Source of the DNA: an uncultured Actinomycetes bacterium
GTDB lineage: Bacteria; Actinomycetota; Thermoleophilia; Solirubrobacterales; 70-9
Assembly: GCA_963734405.1 (NCBI GenBank)
Contig: CAVTGX010000004.1
Coordinates: 101,761-165,760, forward strand
DNA length: 64,000 nt
Direction: 5' to 3'
Of the stretch, positions 33,157 through 41,892 are shown in pieces. Every line of letters begins with the position of its first letter. Position 1 is the first letter of the stretch. A program made the translations under genes and the position numbers. The notes below the pieces were generated by a model. The model saw nothing but the letters and a program-made list of their open reading frames with translations. It ran no database searches and had not been told where the DNA came from.

Positions 33157-33621
33157 ATGCCGTTCCACGTCGAGATCAGCGCCGGCCTGCATAGGGCCCG
33201 GGTCTTCAACCTCGACCGCGACGACCTGCTCGCGAAGGTGGTCGGGCCCTGGCTGGAGGACCGGCGGATCGAGATGGGCGATCGCGAGTGGGAGCCGCGG
33301 ACCAGCAGCCTGAAGATCCTCGAGGGCCCCCGAATGGAGCAGCCGGACCTCGCCGTCGGGCAGGGCTGGGCGAACGCCGAGCGCGGCTCGGAGAACGTCA
33401 CCCGCGACGTCCTCGCCGCGGCGCCGCCGCCGAGCTTCCCCGACGCGTTCGTGGTCGAGGCCGACTCGCCGGAGGCGGTCACCGCCGACGTGGTCGCCGG
33501 ACACGGCGGCCGGGCGATCCACTGGGGCGAGGCGCGCGGGAGGCTCGACGACCGCGACCCCGAGATCGCGGCCGTCATCCTCGTCCTCAGGCGACCGGGG
33601 TCTGAGAGGCCGCGAAGTTGA
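33157..33621 (+). CDS. Hypothetical protein
   Basis: 154-aa ORF with ATG start and protein-like composition. No motif recognised. Confidence 0.4.
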   Translation: MPFHVEISAGLHRARVFNLDRDDLLAKVVGPWLEDRRIEMGDREWEPRTSSLKILEGPRMEQPDLAVGQGWANAERGSENVTRDVLAAAPPPSFPDAFVVEADSPEAVTADVVAGHGGRAIHWGEARGRLDDRDPEIAAVILVLRRPGSERPRS

Positions 33622-34264
33622 GCGGCGCTCCGCGCGGTACGACCAGCACCGGGAAGGTCGCGGTCTCCACCGCGTAGTCGCTGGCGGCGCTGAGGGTGAC
33701 CTTCCCCGGCGGCGACTCGGGGCGCGAGCCGACCACCAGCAGGTCGACCGGTCCGCCGCCGTGCTCGCCGACGCTGGCGCCGAGGGCGGCCGCGAGGCTC
33801 TCGGCCGTCTCCCTGGCGGCCGGATCGCCCTCGTCGATGACGCCGACCGTGTTGACGCTGACCGATGGGTGCGAGCGCAGCCCCGCCGGGGCGACGGCGA
33901 TCGCCGCCGGCCCGCCCAGCAGCAGTTTGTGGGCCGGGATCCCGGGCTTGACCGTGCCGGGAGCGGTGCGGTACTCGGAGCCGAAGACGATCACGTCGGC
34001 ACCTTCGCGCTGCGCCAGCTCGGCCAGGCCGACGCTGGTGCCGGCGTTGACGACGACGTGGCGGGGCATGTCCGGCGCGCCGACCGAGGCGGCACCGCGG
34101 GCCAGCAGCTCCTCCGCCTCCTTCTCCTCCAGCGCCCCGCCCTGGGAGTGGCGGACGTAGGCGAGCGAGAGCTCGGCCCCGGAGTAGGCGAGCAGCCGGC
34201 CCAGAGCGAGGGCGTCGCGGTCGTTGTCGGTGTCGTCGTAGGAAACGATGATCTTCAGAGCCAT
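33587..34264 (-). CDS. Universal stress protein family (tandem-type)
   Basis: MALKIIVSYDDTDNDRDAL..ADVIVFGSEY..LLVVGSRPESPPGKVTLSAASDYAVETATFPVLVVP. Confidence 0.7.
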   Translation of the reverse strand: MALKIIVSYDDTDNDRDALALGRLLAYSGAELSLAYVRHSQGGALEEKEAEELLARGAASVGAPDMPRHVVVNAGTSVGLAELAQREGADVIVFGSEYRTAPGTVKPGIPAHKLLLGGPAAIAVAPAGLRSHPSVSVNTVGVIDEGDPAARETAESLAAALGASVGEHGGGPVDLLVVGSRPESPPGKVTLSAASDYAVETATFPVLVVPRGAPLNFAASQTPVA

Positions 34265-34361
34265 TTGGAGTGCCTCCTTTCGGTGATCCGTAAGTTCGAC
34301 GACGAGCCTGACATGGATCGAGCATCAGCACAACTCATACTGATGATTGTTAAAATAAGCA

Positions 34362-35279
34362 TTGCTTATGCTGAATACGGTCCGCCTCAACGTCTTTCGG
34401 GAGGTGGTCGCCCATGGCTCCTTCTCGGAGGCGGCCGACGCCCTCTCCTACTCGCAGTCGGCGGTCTCCCAGGCGATCGCGACGCTCGAGGGCGAAGTCG
34501 GCGCGCCGCTGATCGAGCGCAACCGGGGTGGCGCGCGGCCGACGCCGGCCGGGGCGGCGCTGGCCGGCCACGTCGACGGGATCCTGGCCCGGATCGAGAC
34601 CGCCGAGGCGGAGATCGCGGCGATCGCCGCCGGCCGCGGCGGGCGCCTGCGCACGGCCTCCTTCCCGACCGCAGGGGCGACCCTGATGCCGCAGGCGATC
34701 GCCCGCTTCCGCGCCGCCCACCCCGGGGTCGAGGTCACGCTCGCCGAGGGCGAGCCGGAGGAGGTGGCGCCGCGCCTGCGCGCCGGCGAGTTCGACCTGG
34801 CGCTGCTGTATGAGTTCGAGGGCGTCGGGGAGAAGCTCGGCGCCGGGATCCGACGCTTCGAGCTGTTCGATGACCCGCTGCACCTGGCCCTGCCCCGCGA
34901 CCACGCCCTCGCCCGCCGCCGGCGGCCGCGGCTGGAGGACCTGAGCGAGGAGTCCTGGGTGCAGACCTCGGCCTCCAGCCCCTGTGCCCGGCATGTGGTC
35001 CGCTCCTGCCACGCGGCCGGCTTCGAGCCCAACGTCTCCTTCGAGAGCGACGACTACCAGACCGTCCAGGGCCTGGTCGCGGCCGGAGTCGGAGTCGCTC
35101 TGATCCCGGAGCTGGCGCTGTCGACGGTTCGCGAGGACATCGTCGTCCGCTCGCTGGACCCCGAGAGCCCGGTGCGCAAAGTGCTCGCCGCGACCCCCAG
35201 GGGGGCCGCGGCGAGCACCGCGATGGCGACGATGCTGGACCTGCTGCGAGCGGGCGGCGCCGGCCGGCCGCTCTCCTAG
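34362..35279 (+). CDS. LysR-family transcriptional regulator
   Basis: LNVFREVVAHGSFSEAADALSYSQSAVSQAIATLE HTH plus a LysR substrate-binding domain. 305 aa. Confidence 0.9.
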   Translation: MLMLNTVRLNVFREVVAHGSFSEAADALSYSQSAVSQAIATLEGEVGAPLIERNRGGARPTPAGAALAGHVDGILARIETAEAEIAAIAAGRGGRLRTASFPTAGATLMPQAIARFRAAHPGVEVTLAEGEPEEVAPRLRAGEFDLALLYEFEGVGEKLGAGIRRFELFDDPLHLALPRDHALARRRRPRLEDLSEESWVQTSASSPCARHVVRSCHAAGFEPNVSFESDDYQTVQGLVAAGVGVALIPELALSTVREDIVVRSLDPESPVRKVLAATPRGAAASTAMATMLDLLRAGGAGRPLS

Positions 35280-36652
35280 GCGGTCCCTCCCGCCGGCGCG
35301 GGTGGGGGTACGGGAGCCGCGGCGGGAACACCGTCGGGGTATCCGAGCGAGGGAACGTCGGATGGGTACACCTCGTGGCCGTGGACGGCGATGTCGCCTT
35401 CCTCCATCTCGGCCTCGGTCATCCTCAGGGGCACGAAGAGCCCGACCAGCTTGAGCAGGATGAAGGTGCCGATCGAGGAGAACACGATCACCCACAGGGC
35501 GGTCAGCGCCTGCCACTTGAGCAGGTTCAGCCCGCCACCGGAGATCGTCCCGGCGAGGGTCGTTTCGGCCATCGCGCTGTTGGCGAAGACACCGACCAGC
35601 AGGCCGCCGGCCACGCCCGCGAAGCCGTGGGTGTAGACCACGCCGAGGGTGTCGTCGACGTTGCGGAACGGTGCCATCCGGCTCAGGTAGTTGAGCGCGA
35701 AGTAGACAAGCGTGGAGGCGACCACGCCGATCACGATCGCGCCCCATCCGTTGACGAAGCCGGCGCCGGGGGTGATCGCGACGAGGCCGACGATCATCCC
35801 GTTGACGCTGCCGATCAGGCTCGGCTTGCGCCCGGTCAGGTAGTCCCATCCGACCCAGACCAGGAAGGCGACGGCGGTGCAGAGGTTGGTGTTGAGCACC
35901 GCGGCCGAGGCGATGTTGCCGGCCGAGTACCAGTCGCCGCCGTTGAAGCCGTTCCAGCCGAGCCAGAGCAGGCCGGCGCCGACGGCGACCATCGCCAGGT
36001 TGTTCGGCGCGTCGACCTCTCGGTCGCGCTGTAGGCGCGGGCCGATCACCCAGGCCGCGACGAAGCCCGAGACGCCGGCGGCGAGGTGGATCACGTAGCC
36101 GCCGGAGAAGTCGACGGCGCCCTGCTGGGCGAAGTAACCGCCGCCCCAGATCAGGAAGGCGTTGATCGTGTACACGAACACCGTCCAGAGGGCGACGAAC
36201 GGGATCCAGGCCTTGAAGTTGACCCGCCCGAGCACCGAGCCCAACATCAGGATCGGGGTGATCGCGGCGAAGACGATCTGGAAGTAGGCGAGGGTCGACT
36301 GCGGGAATTCGATTTCTTCGGACACCGTCGGCAGGAGGGGTATGTGCCCGTGCCCGAGCTCACTGGCGGAGCTCAGGATCGAGCCCGGCTTGCCCCACAT
36401 GTTGGCCAGGAATTCGCCGCCGCCGGAGCCGAAGATGTGCATCGGCTCGCCGAAGGCCATCCTGAAGGCGAACAGACACCAGAGGATCAGCACGATCGCG
36501 AAGGCGACGAACGCCATCATCATCGAGTTCACAGACCAGCGCTTCTGCATCACTCCGCCGTAGAGGACGACCAGGCCCGGGATGCTCATCAGACCGACCA
36601 GGGTCGCGGCGGTGAGCTGCCATGAGTTGGCGCCTTCGCTCAACCATTCCAT
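35276..36652 (-). CDS. amt: Ammonium transporter (Amt family)
   Basis: About 11 hydrophobic segments. Motifs AVDFSGGYVIHLAAG and YTHGFAGVAGGLLVG. ATG at 36652 after GAAAGGAA. The ORF-track start at 36730 is probably over-extended. Confidence 0.9.
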   Translation of the reverse strand: MEWLSEGANSWQLTAATLVGLMSIPGLVVLYGGVMQKRWSVNSMMMAFVAFAIVLILWCLFAFRMAFGEPMHIFGSGGGEFLANMWGKPGSILSSASELGHGHIPLLPTVSEEIEFPQSTLAYFQIVFAAITPILMLGSVLGRVNFKAWIPFVALWTVFVYTINAFLIWGGGYFAQQGAVDFSGGYVIHLAAGVSGFVAAWVIGPRLQRDREVDAPNNLAMVAVGAGLLWLGWNGFNGGDWYSAGNIASAAVLNTNLCTAVAFLVWVGWDYLTGRKPSLIGSVNGMIVGLVAITPGAGFVNGWGAIVIGVVASTLVYFALNYLSRMAPFRNVDDTLGVVYTHGFAGVAGGLLVGVFANSAMAETTLAGTISGGGLNLLKWQALTALWVIVFSSIGTFILLKLVGLFVPLRMTEAEMEEGDIAVHGHEVYPSDVPSLGYPDGVPAAAPVPPPAPAGGTA

Positions 36653-36779
36653 TGATCCGGTGTTCCTTTCTCGCTTAACGGGCCAACCGGCACTGGCGAT
36701 GGATGCCAGAGCCGGCAAGGTGCCCCCCATTTGACGTGCCCGAAGCCTCGCGCCGCGGCCACGCGCCCACTACGTACAG

Positions 36780-37175
36780 GTGTCTAAAGATCGGGATCCC
36801 CTCTTCGCCCCAATGTCGGAAGCGCGCCCGCGAGCAGCCGATAACCTGCCCCGGATGCCTCTGGAGGAAGGTCACTGGCGGCGCTCGAACACGCCGCTGC
36901 GGCGCCTGACGCGACGCGAGCGAAACGTTGTGCTCGCCGGCCTGGCGGTGACCGTGGTCGCCCTGGCAGCCCTGCTCCTGGCCACCGCGGGCGACACCCA
37001 ACCCGCCCCCGGCCCGGGCTGCATCAGGGTCACGGTGGCCGGCCGCACGGGCGGGGAGCCGGTGCACGCCTGCGGCGCCGAGGCGATCGCAACCTGTAGG
37101 CAGGCCGCGAGGCTCGATGGTCCCTGGGCCGAAGCGGTCTCCGAGGGCTGCGCGGAGGCCTCGATCAGGCGCTGA
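36780..37175 (+). CDS. Hypothetical membrane-anchored Cys-containing protein
   Basis: One TM segment (VVLAGLAVTVVALAALLLA) followed by a small domain with 4 Cys. No family recognised. Confidence 0.4.
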   Translation: MSKDRDPLFAPMSEARPRAADNLPRMPLEEGHWRRSNTPLRRLTRRERNVVLAGLAVTVVALAALLLATAGDTQPAPGPGCIRVTVAGRTGGEPVHACGAEAIATCRQAARLDGPWAEAVSEGCAEASIRR

Positions 37176-37283
37176 GTCGACACCCTGCTTTGGGAGCGAA
37201 TTCGCACCCCGCCTCGACGCGATGCCCTCGACGCCCATTCGCCTTCGACGCTCACCAGCGAGCTTCAGTTTGCACAGCGATTC

Positions 37284-37313
37284 TTGACTTTAGAGCGACG
37301 CGCGACATACGAT
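37284..37313 (+). promoter_or_regulatory. Candidate sigma-70-type promoter for the 37348 gene
   Basis: TTGACT (37284..37289), an 18-nt spacer, then TACGAT (37308..37313), followed by GGGAGAGGAAA before the ATG at 37348. Confidence 0.3.
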
Positions 37314-37347
37314 GGTGCTCCGGACTTGAAGCGGGAGAGGAAAGCGC

Positions 37348-38019
37348 ATGTCAACGTGGATCGGGGACCGGACAGGCTCCAGAATGTCCAGGTTCTTGCT
37401 GGCGGTTGCGATGTCAGTCGCGGTCTGTGGCCTGGCGGCGGCTCCACTCGCCCGGGCAACCGACAAGCTGGCTGCGCCTGGGGCTGTGAAGGGTCAGAAA
37501 ACCACGATCACGGTGAGGCCAGACGGCGAAGCCGGATCGTTCGGACACCAGAGGCTCGAAGTCCTGCACAATGGATCCGTCACCTGTCGTGGTCTTGAAT
37601 TGAAGGGGGCCATTTTCGCGCGAGTCGTGGGACATGTCACCTTTGCGGCCATCGATTTTGGATCCTGCTTTTACCTCGGCAATCGGGCGCGTCTGAACAC
37701 GTCCTCATGTGACATTGTCATTACCAGCGGCGGCCTGGGGATGCTGACGAACCGTGAGAACGGGAGATGCGACCTTAGAATCGAAGTACCAGGCTGCACC
37801 ATCCAGTTGGGTAAGGGTCCGTTCCTCGAGCTTGGCTATCACAACGTGGGTTCCCCCTTTGAAACCACAGCGCTGACCGAACCAGCGGCGATCGGCGGCA
37901 CCGCCATCGGCATTGCCTGTCTGTCCTCCGGCCCCTCTGCGATCGGCCAGTACAAAGGATATCTACGCCTCTCCGCGTCGAGACACGGGAGGAAGAAACC
38001 CTTCACCGTCATTCTCTAG
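37348..38019 (+). CDS. Secreted hypothetical protein
   Basis: Signal peptide MSRFLLAVAMSVAVCGLAAAPLARA (internal Met at 37384 is the likely start). Cys-containing beta-rich mature part. Lower-GC gene. Confidence 0.5.
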   Translation: MSTWIGDRTGSRMSRFLLAVAMSVAVCGLAAAPLARATDKLAAPGAVKGQKTTITVRPDGEAGSFGHQRLEVLHNGSVTCRGLELKGAIFARVVGHVTFAAIDFGSCFYLGNRARLNTSSCDIVITSGGLGMLTNRENGRCDLRIEVPGCTIQLGKGPFLELGYHNVGSPFETTALTEPAAIGGTAIGIACLSSGPSAIGQYKGYLRLSASRHGRKKPFTVIL

Positions 38020-38281
38020 CTCAAGCGCCAGCTAACAATCCTCCGATGTGATCGGGGGTAATTCGCCACCCCCGCCAGCATTGTTCGCCGCGTAGAAGGA
38101 TTGAATTCACGCACAGTCCGCGTCCTTCGCTCATTAAAGCTTGACTACTAATTTAATCTGCGTATATCTCCCTGCCACCGATAGCTCGGAGGGCGACGAG
38201 CGTGGGTGCGAGCGGGGCATCGCTAGGGATCGCGCGGCGGGGCGCCGGGTACCCCAGTCAAGGGGGCCATAGGATTGCGCC

Positions 38282-38683
38282 GTGCCGTTTACGCTCAGGA
38301 ACCTCAAGGAGGACCTGGATGATGTCGGGTCCAACTTCGACGGCGCGCCGGAACTGGAGTTCCGCATGGCGACCAGGGCGCTCGAGCTCGAGCAATCCGG
38401 CCTGGGCTACCAGCGCGTCCCACCCGGCTATCGCTTTCCGTACGGCCACACGCACAAGAAGCAGGAGGAGGTGTACGTGGTCCTGGGCGGGAGTGGGCGG
38501 ATGAAGCTCGACGACGAGATCGTCGAGCTCAGGGAATGGGACGCGGTGCGCGTCCCGCCGGGTACGTGGCGAGGTTACGAGGCCGGGCCGGAGGGCCTCG
38601 AGATCCTCGTCATCGGCGCGCCCAATCTCGGCGAGGCTCCGCGCGAGGACGTCGAGGGCCAGCCCGACTGGTGGGCGGATTAG
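38282..38683 (+). CDS. Cupin-domain protein
   Basis: YGHTHKKQEEVYVVLGGSGRMKLDDEIVEL..DAVRVPPGTWRGYEAG is a typical cupin motif 1 / motif 2 spacing. Confidence 0.65.
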   Translation: MPFTLRNLKEDLDDVGSNFDGAPELEFRMATRALELEQSGLGYQRVPPGYRFPYGHTHKKQEEVYVVLGGSGRMKLDDEIVELREWDAVRVPPGTWRGYEAGPEGLEILVIGAPNLGEAPREDVEGQPDWWAD

Positions 38684-38717
38684 CACCAGGTGGCGACCGC
38701 TCCTGGCGCCGTCGTCC

Positions 38718-39884
38718 CTACACCCCCGCGTGCCCCTCGGCGATCCAGGCGGCGAGCAGCGGATCGATGATCCGCAAGCCCGTGGCGGTCGCCGCGTCCT
38801 CGGCGATCTCGCCACGATCGATCAGCGCCTCGACCGCCCTGCTCACGGCTCCTCCCCGCGAGCCCCCGTGCCGGCGCCCGGCGGCGTAGATGCCCTCGCG
38901 GTCGTCGGCGACTCCGGCGAGCACACGCCGCTGGGAGGTCGGCAGCGCCGACCAGGCGGCCCGCAGCTCGTCGCGAACCTCGCGCATCGCCTGGTCATAG
39001 GCGGCGAGCCAGGTTTCCTCGGTCGCCTCCTCCCCTTCGGGAGTCAGCTCCCAGAGGACGTGGGCGAGCAGCATCGTGCGCTGAGGGTGGCCGCCCGCCG
39101 TGTTGAGCAGCGGCCCGAGCGCGGTGCCGATCCGACGGTCGGTGGTCTCGAAACGGGACGCGAGGTGTTCGGCGACGTCGTCGGGTCGCAGCGGCGGCAG
39201 GTCGACCGGCCCCGCCTGTCCGTAGAAGGCGCGGCGGCGGTCGGAGAAAAGCTCGCGCATCATCCCGACGTGCGAGCCGGCGAATACGTAGCTGGCGGCG
39301 TCGCCGTGGTGCTGGATCTCGGCCCGGATCACGGCGTCGGCGCGCTCCTTGGCGGCAAGGATGTCCTGAAACTCATCGAAGATCACGAGCGTCCGCGTCC
39401 CGTGTTTCGCGTGGAGGCGGGCCGGCAGGGCGAGCCTCTCCACCAGCGGCGGCTCGGCCTGCGGATCGACGCTCGCCTCGACCCTGACCGGAACCGACCC
39501 CCCACCGACCCGGAGGGTGGGACGGAGCAAGCGCCGCGCCCCGGCGAACCAGGTCGCGAGGCGACCCTGAAGCTGATCGACGTAGGCGCGCTCGATCCGC
39601 TGCGCGATGTCGTCGAGCGTGAGGACGCCGAAGAAGTCCACGTAGACCGCCGCCCATCCTTTCTCCGCTCGCGCTTCCTCGGCCACCCGCGAGAGCAGAG
39701 AGGTCTTGCCGTATCGGCGCGGCGCCACAAGGCGGCTGTTGTTGCCGCTGACCGCTCGGCCCAGCAGCAGCGCCGCCTCTCGGTCGCGGTCGAGCAGCTC
39801 GTCGGCGGGGACGGGCTCGCTGTAGCGGAATGGGTTTCTGCTCTCTTTCATAGAGCTAGTTCGCTCGCTAGAATAGAGCATCAT
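38718..39884 (-). CDS. AAA+ ATPase of the Arch_ATPase (PF01637-like) type with C-terminal winged-helix-like tail
   Basis: Walker A APRRYGKTSLL, Walker B LVIFDEFQDI, sensor-like FAGSH. An alternative start (MKESRNPF) is at 39851. Confidence 0.6.
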   Translation of the reverse strand: MMLYSSERTSSMKESRNPFRYSEPVPADELLDRDREAALLLGRAVSGNNSRLVAPRRYGKTSLLSRVAEEARAEKGWAAVYVDFFGVLTLDDIAQRIERAYVDQLQGRLATWFAGARRLLRPTLRVGGGSVPVRVEASVDPQAEPPLVERLALPARLHAKHGTRTLVIFDEFQDILAAKERADAVIRAEIQHHGDAASYVFAGSHVGMMRELFSDRRRAFYGQAGPVDLPPLRPDDVAEHLASRFETTDRRIGTALGPLLNTAGGHPQRTMLLAHVLWELTPEGEEATEETWLAAYDQAMREVRDELRAAWSALPTSQRRVLAGVADDREGIYAAGRRHGGSRGGAVSRAVEALIDRGEIAEDAATATGLRIIDPLLAAWIAEGHAGV

Positions 39885-40240
39885 TTACCGAATTCCACAA
39901 GGGCCTGCAAGGGCGACACCTACATGCCTTCGTGTCGAGCTGCTTCAACAGTGTCCGTGACCTGAAGCCCTGGTCAAAAACTGGTGAGAGCGGGGGAACG
40001 ACTCGACCTTAGAAGCGCGCGAGCCGTGCCGATTGAATCCGCGCTGGATTTCGCTCCACAAGCGGGAAAGCGGCGGGTTCGATAGCCCCCGGCCGGAGGC
40101 TTACCAGAGCCGGCCCCGAAAAGTCGCCTTGATTTTCGCGCCCGGCGGGCTACGTTCGCTGGCCGAATAGACATAAGCGGCCCCCGGCGGCGGGCTAACG
40201 CCAACCGGGGACCTGACCACAAGGAAGGCAGAGCTCCCTT

Positions 40241-40537
40241 ATGGCTGACCAAGACCCTACGTGCCCGGCTACCGCCGCGCACGTCACTACCAATGCCGAT
40301 CTGGACGCTCGCGACCAGGCGGAGGTACTTCGCGAAGTCCTCGACATCTACCCGGAAACGCTGACGCTCGACGAGCTGGTACGGGAGCTGACCGTCGCCT
40401 CCGCCGAGTTCACCGAGCATGACCGAATCCGGCGAGCGGTCCGCGTCCTGACCGCGGGCGGCCTGCTCCACGGGATCGGCGACCTCATCCTCCCGACGAG
40501 GGCCGCCGTCAACTTCCACGACCTGCCCCGAGCATGA
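40241..40537 (+). CDS. Small (98 aa) hypothetical protein, possibly wHTH; translationally coupled to the next gene
   Basis: ATG start. Its stop overlaps the next start (ATGA at 40534..40537). LTLDELVRELT...IRRAVRVLTAGGLLH is winged-helix-like. Confidence 0.45.
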   Translation: MADQDPTCPATAAHVTTNADLDARDQAEVLREVLDIYPETLTLDELVRELTVASAEFTEHDRIRRAVRVLTAGGLLHGIGDLILPTRAAVNFHDLPRA

Positions 40538-41169
40538 CGGGCGCCAATGGAGGTGCCAATCCCGGCCGTGGGAGGGTGCGGCTGCTCGTCGCCCTCGATC
40601 TGCCAGACGTGGTGCGCCACAAGGTCGAGGTGTGGCAGCAGAAGGCGCTGACCGATCCGGCCCTGCGTCACAATCGCGGGCTGCGCATAGTCCTGATGTT
40701 CCTCGGCCACCGTCCCCAGCGGGAAGTCGTTCGCTACCTGGAGGCGATCCAAGAGCTGTGCGCATCCGCCCCTGCGCCCTTGGTCGAGCTGGGAGATGTC
40801 GTGGCGAAAGGCCCTGCGCCGGAGCTTCCTCGCGTGTTCGCCCTGCCGGTCAAGTCACCGGAGGCCAAAGTCCTCCAGATCGGTCTGCGCTCCGTCTTCA
40901 CCAACCAGGGCCTGTACATCTACGAACCCAGGGAGCGGACCTTCTGGCCGCACCTGACGGTCGCGAGGGTGCGGACCGCGGATCACAAGGCGCGCCGACC
41001 CGAGGCGGTTCACGACCTACCCGATCGCCCGATCCCTGCGAGCCTGCGCGGTCCCTTCGAGGGACGAAGCGTTGGCCTCTATCGGTCCGAAATGCGGCCG
41101 AGCGGAGCGCGCTACTCATTGCTGGGCAAGGCCGGCCTGCCCGGACCTACGTGGTCGAGTCCGACCTAG
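40534..41169 (+). CDS. 2H phosphoesterase (LigT/ThpR-like) with a degenerate first HxT motif
   Basis: RLLVALDLPD N-terminus. The first motif position reads LRIVLMFLG (the canonical form would be HxTLxFLG). The second motif is intact (FWPHLTVARV). C-terminal LYRSEMRPSGARYSLL. Confidence 0.6.
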   Translation: MTGANGGANPGRGRVRLLVALDLPDVVRHKVEVWQQKALTDPALRHNRGLRIVLMFLGHRPQREVVRYLEAIQELCASAPAPLVELGDVVAKGPAPELPRVFALPVKSPEAKVLQIGLRSVFTNQGLYIYEPRERTFWPHLTVARVRTADHKARRPEAVHDLPDRPIPASLRGPFEGRSVGLYRSEMRPSGARYSLLGKAGLPGPTWSSPT

Positions 41170-41478
41170 AGGCTCTAGCCGAGCCGCGAGCGTCGCGGCA
41201 TCGATTCGAAAAGGTCACCGCCATGCAAACGCTGCGACGGCCCGCGGCGGCCGGGGCGCAAGAACAGGTAGGACCGCCTGCCGTAGGCGTCACCCCCGGC
41301 TGGTTTATCTCAGTCAGGAAGAATGGTGCACTTGCTCGACCTACATGTAGGAAGTTGAGTTCGAGATCGAAACCCTAGTACTCCTTAGCGGGTCCAAGTA
41401 GCCCGGAGACTTCCATTGATCCTTGAGGACAAGACAGACATCCGCCTCGTTGGTGCCGAACTCCCACTTACTAAGGAG

Positions 41479-41892
41479 TTAACGCCAAACCGAGAACTTC
41501 TTAGTTAGTGGATCGAGGCGACTGGCTTCACCAAAGGTGGCCAGAGCGAGAAACTCGATCTCCTCGGCCGCAGTCTGTTTGGTTTGCTCCTGCTGTGCCT
41601 CCGAGCCTCCGCTCAACATCGTGTCGAGATACGCGGTACAAGGAAGGCCCTCTGTTTCAAGTGCGCTCTTGAGGTTCTTCATTTGTCCGCTGCCACCACG
41701 GAGAACGACTACAGACCAATCGCTTATGGATGGGTATTCGGTGCCATCCGCATCGATATAGGTGACTAGACTTAGATCACTAGAAGGTTGGTAGCTACCA
41801 CCAAGACCGAAGGCCACATGTCCGATCCCGGAAAGCATCTCCGACAACTCCCTCCGCTTGTTCAAGACGATAACGAACTTATGCGGCGTCAT
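41479..41892 (-). CDS. DUF2000-family protein (Pth2-like fold family, as I recall)
   Basis: KFVIVLNKRRELSEMLSGIGHVAFGLG..YIDADGTEYPSIS..VVVLRG..MKNLKSALE..LALATFGEASRLDPLTKKFSVWR matches my memory of the DUF2000 pattern. It overlaps the upstream gene by 14 nt. Confidence 0.55.
   Translation of the reverse strand: MTPHKFVIVLNKRRELSEMLSGIGHVAFGLGGSYQPSSDLSLVTYIDADGTEYPSISDWSVVVLRGGSGQMKNLKSALETEGLPCTAYLDTMLSGGSEAQQEQTKQTAAEEIEFLALATFGEASRLDPLTKKFSVWR

Noticed and set aside
39974-40765. 263-aa minus ORF spanning the 39.9-40.2 kb gap and overlapping two plus-strand genes
   Set aside because: The translation is Arg/Pro/Gly-rich and has no motif. It overlaps the better-supported, translationally coupled 40241/40534 gene pair. 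I treat the gap as non-coding.
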